DNA of 35,415 nucleotides from Candidatus Sericytochromatia bacterium (GTDB taxonomy: Bacteria > Cyanobacteriota > Sericytochromatia > UBA7694): positions 1 to 35,415 of the forward strand of contig JBIKWL010000056.1 of NCBI GenBank assembly GCA_044356335.1. The letters run 5' to 3'. The notes under the pieces are model-generated. The model saw nothing but the letters and a program-made list of their open reading frames with translations. It ran no database searches and was not told the DNA's origin. The translations under genes were made by a program, and so were the position numbers. Below are positions 8,024-17,787 of the stretch, piece after piece. The stretch's first letter is position 1. Every line of letters begins with the position of its first letter.

Positions 8024-10684
8024 ATGACACGATTAAATCTGCCCACCCGCTTTGACTTTGCCGCGGTGGAAGCAAAATGGAACCAGATTTGGGATGAAAA
8101 AGGCTATTTCCATCCCGAGGTCAATCCAGAACAAAAACCCTATACAATTGCCTTTCCTCCCCCCAATGTGACGGGTGTTTTGCACATGGGCCATGCCTGC
8201 AATGCCACTTTGCAAGACGTCTTGATTCGCAGCCGCCGCATGATGGGTTATAACACCCTCTGGATGCTCGGCACGGATCACGCAGGTATTGCCACCCAAA
8301 TCATGGTCGAACGCAAGATCAAAAAAGAATTAAACAAAACCCGCCACGATCTGGGCCGCGAAGAATTTCTCAAACATGTTTGGGCCTGGAAAGAGGAAAA
8401 CGGCAACGCGATTATTAACCAAATGCGGCGCTTGGGGGCTTCTGGCGATTTTGACCGGGCCCGGTTTACGATGGATGCCGACTATTCCCGTGCGATTCGC
8501 AAGGTCTTTGTGGAATGGTACCAAAAGGGGCTGATTTACAGAGGCGAGCGCTTGGTTAATTGGGATCCCGTCGGCCAAACCGTACTCAGTGATCTCGAAA
8601 TCGAGCAAAAAGAAGAAAACGGCCAACTTTACCATATTCGCTACCCACTCAGCCAAGATCCCAGCCAATATGTGGTGGTCGCCACCACCCGCCCCGAAAC
8701 CCTACTGGGTGATTTGGCTGTGGCCGTCAATCCCAAAGATGAGCGTTATACCGCCTTGCTTGGGCAGAGCTTAAACCTGCCTCTCACCCAGCGCCAAATC
8801 CCAATTCTGGCTGACGAAATGGTCGAGCGTGAGTTTGGTTCTGGTGCGGTCAAAATTACTCCCGCCCATGATTTTAACGATTGGGAATGCGGCCAACGCC
8901 ACAATTTGGGTCTTTTACAAGTCATTGGCCAAGATGCCTGTATGAATGAAAACGCCCCCGAAAAATACCAGGGGTTGACCCGCGAAGAGGCCCGCAAAGC
9001 CGTTGTGGCAGATCTCGAAGAGGCAGGTCTGCTCGAAAAAGTAGAGGCCCATGTGTATATGCCCAGTCGCTCCGAGCGCAGTGGCGCGATTATTGAACCC
9101 CTGCCCCTGGTGCAGTGGTGGGTAAATATGAAACCCCTGGCAGCCCCTGCGATTGAAGCGATTCAGTCTGGCAAGGTGCGTTATACCCCCGACCGCTGGT
9201 CGCGAATCACGGTCGAGTGGCTTGAGAATATTCGCGATTGGTGTATTTCTCGCCAGCTTTGGTGGGGCCATCAGATTCCCGTTTGGTATGATGCCGAGGG
9301 TCAAATTGCCTATGTTGGCATGGAAGATCCCTCAGAGCAAGACCTCAGTGCCAAAGGCTGGACCCGCGACGAAGACGTGCTCGACACCTGGTTTAGTTCT
9401 GCCCTGTGGACCTTTGCAACCCTCGGTTGGCCCGACGAGACACCCGAATTAAAACAATTCCACCCCACAGCGGTCCTCTCAACCGCCCGCGAGATCCTCT
9501 ATCTTTGGGTGGCCCGCATGATTTTTAGCTCACTGCACTTTTTGGGGGAAATTCCCTTTCAAGACGTGTTGGTACACGCCACCATCTTGACCAAAGATGG
9601 CAAGCGCATGAGCAAATCCAAAGGCACGGGTTTAAACCCCTTGGAAATGCTCGACAAATATGGGGCTGATGCCTGCCGTTTCTGGCTGGCCGAAGCGGCG
9701 ATGAGTGGGCAAGACGTGCGTTTTAGCGATGAAAAACTCGAAAACGGGCAGCATTTTGTCACCAAGATTTGGAATGCCTGCCGTTTTGCCTTGATGAATT
9801 TGGAGGATTTTGATCCCGATTACAGTCTCGATCTCAGCCGCTTGGAACTGGCCGACCGCTGGATTCTCAGTCGTTTGCGCAGCACCTTGGCTTCAGTCAC
9901 GGATTGTCTCGGCAGCCACAATTTGACCCAGGCCACCAAAGACCTGTATAGCTTTGTCTGGACTGAGTTTTGCGATTGGTACCTGGAAATCTGCAAGCCC
10001 CGCCTGCAGGGTGAAGATCGCAATCAGGTTCAAGCCATTCTCGTGCTTTGTCTCGACCATTTCCTGCGCATGGCGCATCCTTTTATGCCTTTTGTCAGCG
10101 AGGAACTCTGGAGTGAAGGTCTTAAACCGATTTGTCCCCAAATGCAGGGCGAACATCTGATTATCGCTCCCTGGCCCAGCGTAGATAGTCTCCCTGGTGC
10201 CGATTCCCAAGCAGAGAGTGAAATGGCTCTGCTGATGGAGACCATACGTGTGATTCGCAATCTGCGCATGGAAGTCGGTGTGCCCGCCAATAAAGAGGCT
10301 GAGACCGTCTTTCTGGTTAGCGAATCTCATTCCAGCCGTGATTTGCTGAGCCAAAATCTGGGCATGATCGGTCGCATGGGCAAGGTCTCGGGGGTGAACG
10401 TGCAAGCGGAACAGGCCGAAATCGACCAAGCTGCCCATGGCGTCAGTTTGGGTATTCAGGTGATTTTGCCTTTGGCGGGCTTGATTGACCTCGACAAAGA
10501 GCGTGAGCGCTTAAACAAAGAAGTTCTCAAACTCGAAAAAGAAATGAAGGGGTTGCAATCCCGACTGGAAAATCCCAATTTCCGCAGCCGTGCTCCCCAA
10601 GACGTGGTGGCAGAAGTCGAGGCTCAATTGGCCAATTTGCAATTTCAAGTGCAAACTTTACAAGAAAGAGTTGCCAAGCTGTGA
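8024..10684 (+). CDS. valS: Valine--tRNA ligase (class I aaRS) with C-terminal coiled-coil
   Basis: HIGH-region PPPNVTGVLHMGHA and KMSKSKGT are both present. Length 886 aa. The coiled-coil C-terminus (LNKEVLKLEKEMKGLQSRLENPNF...) is typical of ValRS. GAGG lies 5 nt upstream of the ATG. Confidence 0.97.
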   Translation: MTRLNLPTRFDFAAVEAKWNQIWDEKGYFHPEVNPEQKPYTIAFPPPNVTGVLHMGHACNATLQDVLIRSRRMMGYNTLWMLGTDHAGIATQIMVERKIKKELNKTRHDLGREEFLKHVWAWKEENGNAIINQMRRLGASGDFDRARFTMDADYSRAIRKVFVEWYQKGLIYRGERLVNWDPVGQTVLSDLEIEQKEENGQLYHIRYPLSQDPSQYVVVATTRPETLLGDLAVAVNPKDERYTALLGQSLNLPLTQRQIPILADEMVEREFGSGAVKITPAHDFNDWECGQRHNLGLLQVIGQDACMNENAPEKYQGLTREEARKAVVADLEEAGLLEKVEAHVYMPSRSERSGAIIEPLPLVQWWVNMKPLAAPAIEAIQSGKVRYTPDRWSRITVEWLENIRDWCISRQLWWGHQIPVWYDAEGQIAYVGMEDPSEQDLSAKGWTRDEDVLDTWFSSALWTFATLGWPDETPELKQFHPTAVLSTAREILYLWVARMIFSSLHFLGEIPFQDVLVHATILTKDGKRMSKSKGTGLNPLEMLDKYGADACRFWLAEAAMSGQDVRFSDEKLENGQHFVTKIWNACRFALMNLEDFDPDYSLDLSRLELADRWILSRLRSTLASVTDCLGSHNLTQATKDLYSFVWTEFCDWYLEICKPRLQGEDRNQVQAILVLCLDHFLRMAHPFMPFVSEELWSEGLKPICPQMQGEHLIIAPWPSVDSLPGADSQAESEMALLMETIRVIRNLRMEVGVPANKEAETVFLVSESHSSRDLLSQNLGMIGRMGKVSGVNVQAEQAEIDQAAHGVSLGIQVILPLAGLIDLDKERERLNKEVLKLEKEMKGLQSRLENPNFRSRAPQDVVAEVEAQLANLQFQVQTLQERVAKL

Positions 10685-10849
10685 TACAAAAAGTAAATCC
10701 GTACTTTTTTTCAGCTAAATTGCATGTAACAATGAGACCATGGGTAATTTATACATGGGCATATTAAGCCAAGCCAAGATGAAATTAGTTCAACCATGAC
10801 CTCCGTTTCTCTCACCTTTGTGGATGTTTGCGTGTTGGGACAGTAAATT

Positions 10850-11668
10850 ATGACAGTTTTGCTTGAGGGCGAATTGGCCTCGATTTCACTGTTTAATTTA
10901 TTACAGTTTATTAAGCTGGAGCAAAAGAACTGTCTCTTTCGCGTGGAGGTCAAAGAAGTGGCCCAAGAGGCCTTTGTCTATTTTGACAAAGGCACCATCA
11001 CTCACGGTCGCTTAAATCATTTATTGGGCGTAGATGCCCTTTACCGCTTGATAGGCTGGTGGTCTTCTGGGCATTTTCAGATGACTGGGCTGACAAATGC
11101 AGAATTGCCCATTCCGAATATCAACGTCTCTCTCGATGCGGTACTGATGGAAAGTGCCCGTTATATGGACGAATTCGCCAAATTACGTGAAAAATTACCC
11201 AACTTGACCAGTGGCTTGCGTTTTTCAGATAAAGCTTTACAAATGGCTTCTGAAGGGCGCTTGCCCGATTTCACCAAACAATTACCACGTTCGTTTACGT
11301 TAGCGCGTTTCTTTGAAATGTGTCCGTTTAATCAGTGGGATTCCCTGCAATTTATGAACGAGATGGTCAAACACAAAGCCTTTTTGGTGGGGGTTGCCGG
11401 TGAAGATCTCCGAGCCACAGTTGTCCTCACCCCAATTGACTCTTTAGAGAGCATCGTGATGGAGTTTGTGGGGATCGAATCGAGCCATCAAATGTTGGAA
11501 GAATCCCTGCTTGAATTGGGCTTTGATCGCTTTCAAAAATTTGGTTTTAATCAATTATTGGCTGTGGCAGATAAATTGATGGACCGGATTGCGCCATTGA
11601 TGAAGAGTGAAGACGAGGTTCAAGAGGCGATGTACCGTCTGCGGGCGCGCATCACCAGTTTGCTTTAG
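10850..11668 (+). CDS. DUF4388 (PATAN-associated) domain protein, first gene of a tightly packed 4-gene cluster
   Basis: N-terminus GELASISLFNLLQFIKLEQKNCLFRVEV fits the DUF4388 signature (G.L..l.l.dlLQ.l....sG.L.v). The stop at 11668 is 2 nt before the next ATG. Confidence 0.6.
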   Translation: MTVLLEGELASISLFNLLQFIKLEQKNCLFRVEVKEVAQEAFVYFDKGTITHGRLNHLLGVDALYRLIGWWSSGHFQMTGLTNAELPIPNINVSLDAVLMESARYMDEFAKLREKLPNLTSGLRFSDKALQMASEGRLPDFTKQLPRSFTLARFFEMCPFNQWDSLQFMNEMVKHKAFLVGVAGEDLRATVVLTPIDSLESIVMEFVGIESSHQMLEESLLELGFDRFQKFGFNQLLAVADKLMDRIAPLMKSEDEVQEAMYRLRARITSLL

Positions 11669-11670
11669 CC

Positions 11671-12438
11671 ATGTTTACTTACGACATTTACGCCCCTTGG
11701 TATGATTTGCAAAATGAGATGGACGATGTCGAGTTTTATCTCGACAGCTTGAGAGAGTATGGCGGACCCGTCTTGGATGCGGGTTGTGGCACAGGTCGTC
11801 TCTTGTTGGCATTTGCCCGTGAAGGTTATGAAACCGCAGGTTTTGATACTTCTCAAGAAATGCTGGATCGGGCCCGCAAAAAATTTGCTGCAGAAGCCCC
11901 TGATGTACGTGAACGTGCTGCGATTAGCTTTGGAGACATGCGCTCATTTCAGCTCGGGCGCAAATTTAAAGTCGGTCTGTTTGGCTGCAATACCTTTCAG
12001 CACTTGCTCACCAATCAGGATCAAGATCAGGCTCTGCAAAGCATGCACAACCACCTCGAAGACGATGGCATTCTCCTCTTGCAGACCACCAATGTGCGCT
12101 TCCATGAACACGATCCCGATGTACTCTACCACCGGGGCCGGGAATTTAACCCCGAAACCAATCAATGGGTGGACGGCAGCTATGTTTACCACTACCACCA
12201 ACACCTGCAGATCATGCAATTCACGCTGCTTTTGGATATTATCGGCGAAGACGATCGGATTTCGCGCAAACAAATTGTACTCAATCTGCGTTATACCTTT
12301 CCTCCTGAATTGGAGCGCATCCTGGCAAGCAACGGTTTTGCCTTGGAGGCCCTTTATGGGGATTTTTCGCGCAATCCCGTTAGCCGGGACAGCCCCTGGA
12401 TTATTGCCCAGGCCCGCAAACAACGCCTGAATATCTAA
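11671..12438 (+). CDS. Class I SAM-dependent methyltransferase
   Basis: Motif I VLDAGCGTGRLLLAFAREGYETAGFDTSQEMLDRAR is followed by the acidic post-I loop and motif II/III spacing typical of the Rossmann MTase fold. Confidence 0.8.
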   Translation: MFTYDIYAPWYDLQNEMDDVEFYLDSLREYGGPVLDAGCGTGRLLLAFAREGYETAGFDTSQEMLDRARKKFAAEAPDVRERAAISFGDMRSFQLGRKFKVGLFGCNTFQHLLTNQDQDQALQSMHNHLEDDGILLLQTTNVRFHEHDPDVLYHRGREFNPETNQWVDGSYVYHYHQHLQIMQFTLLLDIIGEDDRISRKQIVLNLRYTFPPELERILASNGFALEALYGDFSRNPVSRDSPWIIAQARKQRLNI

Positions 12439-12440
12439 AT

Positions 12441-14378
12441 ATGAAAACCCCGCCAACGTTGTTTTGTCTGCTGCTTTTGGCAAGTTGCAGCTCAGAACTC
12501 CAAGGCGATTGGCAAGTGCGAACGGTTGTCAACGGTCAATTCCTTAAATTGGCGAAATCTTCCCCGACAGCAGACACTCCTCGCAAAGGTTGGCAACCCG
12601 AGGGGCTCGCTGTTTCCCCTGAGGGCTTGGTCTATGTCAGTGATCGCGAGAATCACCGGATTTTGCGCATTTCCCCCACAGGCGTGGTGCAAGAACATGC
12701 TGGCAATGGTGAGGCCGGAGAACAAGATGGAACCGGAGATAAGGCCCGCTTTCGCAACCCCGCGGGGCTTTCCCTGGGAAGCGATGGGCAACTTTATCTG
12801 GCCGACAGTGGCAACCATGTCTTGCGCCAAATCTCTGCCAATGGAGAGGTCAAGACCGTTGCACTCAGCCGCCAAATCGAATTTAAAACCCCTTTTTCGG
12901 TTTTGGCCGGCCCGGATAAAAGTTTGTATGTGGCCGACAGTGCCAGTGGGCAAATTTTTTCACTGGCAGAACAGGCAAATCAGGTAAAACAGGTTTTGCA
13001 AACCGCCCCCACCCTCTTACCGGAAGCCTTGGCCTCAGACAGCTCTGGCCGTTTGCTCTATTCCGACCTACAAGGACTCTGGCGCTTGGAACACAACGCA
13101 TCACGCACCCTCTTGCGCCGCCACGACAGCCAATTGTTGCGCGTGCGCAGCCTGATTTCAGACGGAAAAAATGGCTATTTTCTCAGTGATCCTTATTTGC
13201 ACAGGGTTTTACACTGGGTCCCCGGCGCAGCTTTGGAAGTGATCGCCGGCGGGCCCGATGCCGGCCAAAAAGACGGCAAGCCCGAAGAAGCCCGTTTTGC
13301 TTTTCCTGGCAGCTTGGCTCGGGGGCCTGCAGGTGAATTGTATCTGGCCGACACACGCAATAACCGCATTTGCAAATTGACCCCCAATGCCCAGGGCAAG
13401 TATCAGGTGAGCACCTTGGCCCGCAGTGGCTCCCAGGGCTTTGGCGAACGCCGGGCGGGTGAAGATCTGAGTTTGCCACATGGCGTGCTCTTTGACTCCC
13501 GGACGGAGCAATATATTGTCAGCGATTATTTGCACAATCGCCTTTTCAAAATCTCGGAGGATGGCATTGCCACTCCCTGGTTTGAGCCCTCTGAGACCAA
13601 CGGAGAACCTTTGGTATTGCCTGCAGGTTTGGCCCAAGGCCCCGATGGCAGCATTTATGTCTCTGGTTCAGGCCGCCACCGTATTCATAAAATCTCCCCC
13701 GAGGGCAAAATTTCGGTATTGGCAGGCAGCGGTCAGGTCGGATTTAAAGATGGAAAAGGCAAAACCGCTCAATTTTATTTGCCGTTTGGCTTGGCCGTGG
13801 GGCCCGACAACAGCGTTTTTGTTGCCGATCAGGGCAATCACGCGATTCGAAAAATCGCCAGCGATGGTACTGTTACCACCTTGGCGGGCAACGGTGAAGC
13901 CGGTTGGCAAGATGCACAGGGAAGCGCTGCCCGCTTTAATAAACCCTCAGGGGTCGCTTTGCACCCCGACGGCAGCCTCTGGGTGGCAGATAGCTGGAAT
14001 CACCGCATTCGCAAAATAACGCCCCAGGGCCAGGTCTCAACCGCTGTGGGAGAGAAAGTGCCAGGGATGGCAGATTTTGACCCCCAAAGAGATCAGCCAA
14101 ACAGCCTCTATGTTCCCGAAGGGCTGGCCATCAACGCTGCTGGACAGGTCTTTATTGCCGACAGTTGGAATCACCGCATACGCAAATGGGATCCTCAAAC
14201 CTCGCGCTTGCAGAGCTTAGCGGGCAACGGAAAATTTCTCAATTTTGGTTCGGGTTTTGCCGATGGGCGTGGCCAGATCGCCCATTTTAGTCAGCCCAAA
14301 GGGGTGGCTTTGGGCCCCCGGCGCCAATTGCTGGTTGCAGATACGGGGAATAACCGCATTCGGACCATGGAACCATGA
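12441..14378 (+). CDS. NHL-repeat (six-bladed beta-propeller type) lipoprotein
   Basis: MKTPPTLFCLLLLASCSS carries a lipobox. There are at least 8 NHL-like blades with the (A/S)D.GNHxIRKI signature (ADSGNHVLRQI, ADTRNNRICKL, ADQGNHAIRKI, ADSWNHRIRKI x2, ADTGNNRIRTM). The start lies 2 nt after the MTase stop. Confidence 0.85.
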   Translation: MKTPPTLFCLLLLASCSSELQGDWQVRTVVNGQFLKLAKSSPTADTPRKGWQPEGLAVSPEGLVYVSDRENHRILRISPTGVVQEHAGNGEAGEQDGTGDKARFRNPAGLSLGSDGQLYLADSGNHVLRQISANGEVKTVALSRQIEFKTPFSVLAGPDKSLYVADSASGQIFSLAEQANQVKQVLQTAPTLLPEALASDSSGRLLYSDLQGLWRLEHNASRTLLRRHDSQLLRVRSLISDGKNGYFLSDPYLHRVLHWVPGAALEVIAGGPDAGQKDGKPEEARFAFPGSLARGPAGELYLADTRNNRICKLTPNAQGKYQVSTLARSGSQGFGERRAGEDLSLPHGVLFDSRTEQYIVSDYLHNRLFKISEDGIATPWFEPSETNGEPLVLPAGLAQGPDGSIYVSGSGRHRIHKISPEGKISVLAGSGQVGFKDGKGKTAQFYLPFGLAVGPDNSVFVADQGNHAIRKIASDGTVTTLAGNGEAGWQDAQGSAARFNKPSGVALHPDGSLWVADSWNHRIRKITPQGQVSTAVGEKVPGMADFDPQRDQPNSLYVPEGLAINAAGQVFIADSWNHRIRKWDPQTSRLQSLAGNGKFLNFGSGFADGRGQIAHFSQPKGVALGPRRQLLVADTGNNRIRTMEP

Positions 14379-16108
14379 AACAATTTAAATTAGGGGCCTC
14401 ACTGTTTCTCCTCTGTTTGAGTGCCTGTGAGTCCTTGCCCGATCTTCCGTCCTCACAATCTCTTCAGCCTTTTGCACAGAGTACTACAAGCACTACAACA
14501 GGCCCTGCGGGTTTGCAAATTGAGCCCTTTCAATTGATGTTTAGGCAGCCCAGTGAACGCCAATTGGCTTTGCTCAAACAGCGTTGGCAGGGTGAGGTCC
14601 GCGATCAGATGCAGATTGGCAAACAAGACTGGTTCTTGCTGCAATTTTCTGCTGCCGCCCTGCCCGAAAGCCTCTACAGTGCATTACCCGAGGCCTGGCA
14701 GGCGCGAGAACTTCAAGATTTGCAGCAAGAACTGTCACAAACCCAATGGCAAACCCTCTTGCTGGCAGAAGATATCCGCCGCGAAGCGGGCTTTCAGACC
14801 GGACAAATCCAGCTCAACCCCCTGGCCCAATTGCCCCAAACCCAGCCATCAATGTCACAACAACCCCCCTCTTTTAACGATTTGCAGACAGGTTTGGCAG
14901 GCTCAGAGCCTGGCTGGTGGCGGCGTGAAACCGGTGTCGAAAGAGCCTGGAATCTCTCAATTGGCACAGCTGTACGTGTGGCTTGGCTGGATGTGGGTTT
15001 TAAACGCCACCATCCCGAAGTGGAGCGCCGCTTAATTTTCACGGGTGACAATAACCAAACCCTGGCCTGGAAAGACAAAGCCCCTGAGAGCATTGAATTG
15101 CCTGCAGGGGATCATGGGGCGGCGTCGATCATGGTGGGTTTTGCCGAAAGGCACAATGGTGTGCCCAGTGTTGGGGTGGCCCCCAATGCCCAGGTTTTGC
15201 CCTATGTAGCGGGCAGTGTCTGGGAAGCTGCCAGAGCATTAAAAGCCGCGGCAGCAAAAAAGCCCGACGTGATTGGCATGAATTTTGCCTGGCCGATGTA
15301 TCCCGGCTGGGAAAAACTGACGGCTTATTCTGAATACCTATTGCTCAAGGCTGTGATTCAAGAATTGGGCCAAGCAACCCATCTGCCTTTGGTCATTCCC
15401 GCGCACAATTATGGCGAGCCGATCACCGGCGGCCCCCGCGAGTGGTTTCCGATCAATTTGGCCGCCACCCAGGCCAATGTATTGGGCGTAGGTGGGGTTG
15501 AATTTAAAGATGGCAAAAAATTACAGGTTTGGTTTAACCCGGATATACTCACCGGTTACAATTCACGAGGCTCGAATTATGGCGCTGGTCTGATCTGGGC
15601 TCCTTCCGTGGCCCTCGACATCGCAGGTTCAGATCCTGCCGGGGTTATCCCGAATCAAATGAGTGGCACCAGCGCTTCTGCGCCATTTATGGCGGGTGTG
15701 ATGGCCTTACTGCGCTCCCGTTGCCCAGATTTAACCGCCCGTCAGCTGATTGACTTGCTCTTAAACAATGGTAAAAGCCTCGATGGCAGCCAGATATTGG
15801 GCAAACCGGGTGCCACTGTGCCCTTTGTCCAGGCCGATTTGGCTTTGGAAGCCTGTCTGCGGGCTTCGGGCAAAGATCCAACTCAATACCGGGCACAGCG
15901 CTTCAAGGGCATTTTGGAAAGGTGGGGTGATGGCTTTTGGGCCTTAAAAACAGAGACAACCCGTTTCAAGCTTTTGCCTACCCTGGCTGAATTGCAGCCA
16001 GGGTATCCCCAGCTCTTAGAGGGCAAAGCTGTGTCCCTGCGGGGATGGCAAAAGCTCCCCGGACAGATGTCCGAGGAGCTTGAGGTTTTGGAACTGGTTG
16101 CCGATTAA
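14375..16108 (+). CDS. Subtilisin-like serine peptidase (S8 family) lipoprotein with N-terminal propeptide-like region
   Basis: MKQFKLGASLFLLCLSAC carries a lipobox. Catalytic triad contexts are AWLDVGF (Asp), GDHGAAS (His) and SGTSASAPFMAGVMALL (Ser, classic GTSxAxP). The ATGA overlap of 4 nt with the NHL gene indicates translational coupling. Confidence 0.8.
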   Translation: MKQFKLGASLFLLCLSACESLPDLPSSQSLQPFAQSTTSTTTGPAGLQIEPFQLMFRQPSERQLALLKQRWQGEVRDQMQIGKQDWFLLQFSAAALPESLYSALPEAWQARELQDLQQELSQTQWQTLLLAEDIRREAGFQTGQIQLNPLAQLPQTQPSMSQQPPSFNDLQTGLAGSEPGWWRRETGVERAWNLSIGTAVRVAWLDVGFKRHHPEVERRLIFTGDNNQTLAWKDKAPESIELPAGDHGAASIMVGFAERHNGVPSVGVAPNAQVLPYVAGSVWEAARALKAAAAKKPDVIGMNFAWPMYPGWEKLTAYSEYLLLKAVIQELGQATHLPLVIPAHNYGEPITGGPREWFPINLAATQANVLGVGGVEFKDGKKLQVWFNPDILTGYNSRGSNYGAGLIWAPSVALDIAGSDPAGVIPNQMSGTSASAPFMAGVMALLRSRCPDLTARQLIDLLLNNGKSLDGSQILGKPGATVPFVQADLALEACLRASGKDPTQYRAQRFKGILERWGDGFWALKTETTRFKLLPTLAELQPGYPQLLEGKAVSLRGWQKLPGQMSEELEVLELVAD

Positions 16109-16210
16109 TTTTCAGTGAAAATCAGGCAAGAGCAGTACACCCAGAATCATGACAACCAACACAAATTCCCATCCGTTCATATCTACTGCTCCTTTCTGAA
16201 ATCAAGTGGA

Positions 16211-17647
16211 TTATTTTGCAAGACGCTCTAAGAGGCTCTGAAGTTCCCCCAAAGCCTTAGAATAGGCCTCAGAGATACGGTATTTGCGGGTTCCACGCCC
16301 TTCGAGCAAGAAGTTTTGACCATTCACTGTCACTTCCAGTTTTTCCACACTGCGACATTCTTTGGTCTGGGGGGCGTCTGCGGGAATGGCTTCCAATTGC
16401 AGAAAGAGCCCCTGCAATGCTGTGCTATTGAGTAATTTTTGGACAGACTCAATTTCGCCATTGCTTAAAGTCCGGCTCTGAACCGGGGGCGGACCCGCCA
16501 CCAGGGTTTGGGCATTTTCAAGGGCCCAGGTAAAAGAACCGTTGGTTTTGAGCTCATAGCGGGTATAACTTTCCTGCCCACATTCCCCTTCGACAGTGAC
16601 TTTGAGGGGCAGGGTATAGAGTTGTTTTCCCACATTCTGATGGCGATCGGCCAGACCCTTTAAATGGCTGTCTAACTTCATCAGGGCGTTGCGATAGGCC
16701 TCTGTGTGGACAAACTTACGCCCGTTGAGGTCATAGGTTTTGGCTTGATTCTGAACCATCAAACTGAAATTTTTGACAGTGCGGCATTCCAGGGTTTGGG
16801 GGGCATCATCGGGTACGGGTTTGGATTCTGCCCTCAGTTTTTCGAGGTTGAGTTCAGCAATCAAATTTGCCAATTCACCCAACTCTTGGCTGGTCAATTG
16901 CCGGGTTTGCAGGCCTGTTTGGGGCCCGCCTGGAGCGACGGGTGCATTGGGATCGGCCAGAAAGCGAAAGAGTCCCGCAGGCAAGACTTCATAGAGAACC
17001 TGTTCACCCATATCACATTCTCCGTTGCCCGTCACTTTCAGGGGCAGGGCTGTGTTTGTATTGGACTGAGGCGGGCTGGCAGAGGGGCTGGGATCCGCCA
17101 TCGGGTTGTTTTTGAGGTTGTCGAGGAATTCCCGCAATTCTTTCATGGCTGCGGTATAAGCTGCTGTATGAATCAATTTGCGGCCATTGCTGTCGAAGCG
17201 GGTGGCTTTGCCATTGACGCTCAATTCAGCGACTTCGATTGTGCGGCAGTCCGCGGTCTGAGGGGAGCCCTCGGGCACGACGGTGTCTGCTTTGGCCAAC
17301 TCTGCCAGGTCCAATTTTTTGAGCAGTGTTTTGAGTTTGTTTTGCTCTGTATTTGAGAGCTTGCGGCTCTGTAAGGGGGGCTGGGTGGTTTCCATGCTGC
17401 CTGGGGCGGGGACTTCCGCATAGCTGAAGGTGCCATCGGCTTTGACTTCATATCGGGTGTAACTGGGCATCTGGCACTCACCTTCGTGAATCAGCTTAAG
17501 TGGCAGGCCGTAAATACCCGAGTCTGTTTGGCCAATTTGACCAATTTGGCCCAAAGACAGGCCATTGCATGCTGTTAAAGGCAGGGATAGCAGACAAAAG
17601 CTGGAGGCAATTAACAGACTGGATTTTAATGTTTGATTGAGTATCAT
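16211..17647 (-). CDS. Lipoprotein composed of three tandem ~135-aa internal repeat domains, each with a conserved Cys pair (unknown domain)
   Basis: The start is moved to the ATG at 17647, which has a perfect AAGGAG 6 nt upstream (MILNQTLKSSLLIASSFCLLSLPLTAC, lipobox). Repeats are at roughly nt 17114-17518, 16643-17047 and 16214-16624. They share PLK(L/V)..EGEC...Y.(L/V)...G.F...Q.R.L...E......L.......P.DAPQT.ECR...........G..........GRK..H.EAY..A...L...L. Confidence 0.65.
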   Translation of the reverse strand: MILNQTLKSSLLIASSFCLLSLPLTACNGLSLGQIGQIGQTDSGIYGLPLKLIHEGECQMPSYTRYEVKADGTFSYAEVPAPGSMETTQPPLQSRKLSNTEQNKLKTLLKKLDLAELAKADTVVPEGSPQTADCRTIEVAELSVNGKATRFDSNGRKLIHTAAYTAAMKELREFLDNLKNNPMADPSPSASPPQSNTNTALPLKVTGNGECDMGEQVLYEVLPAGLFRFLADPNAPVAPGGPQTGLQTRQLTSQELGELANLIAELNLEKLRAESKPVPDDAPQTLECRTVKNFSLMVQNQAKTYDLNGRKFVHTEAYRNALMKLDSHLKGLADRHQNVGKQLYTLPLKVTVEGECGQESYTRYELKTNGSFTWALENAQTLVAGPPPVQSRTLSNGEIESVQKLLNSTALQGLFLQLEAIPADAPQTKECRSVEKLEVTVNGQNFLLEGRGTRKYRISEAYSKALGELQSLLERLAK

Positions 17648-17694
17648 GGGAGGCTCCTTAAGTGACGTTGATGATAATTTCATTATCTAAGATT

Positions 17695-17732
17695 AGTTTA
17701 CTTATTGTCAACAAGATGACCAATAGTAAACT
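17695..17732. promoter_or_regulatory. Near-perfect 12/13-bp inverted repeat (AGTTTACTTATTG-N13-CAATAGTAAACT) in the promoter region of the 3-repeat lipoprotein gene
   Basis: The arms are reverse complements apart from one extra A. The site is centred ~65 nt upstream of ATG 17647 in AT-rich intergenic DNA, which is an operator-like position. Confidence 0.35.
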
Positions 17733-17787
17733 TACAATAAATTAAAATAATTTTGCAGATGTAGTCTGCCACTCATTTTGCAATCGA

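Noticed and set aside
10690-10712. AAAAAGTA-N6-TACTTTTTTT possible intrinsic terminator after valS
   Set aside because: The stem is almost entirely A-T (very weak), so I am not confident it functions. It could still be a weak terminator.
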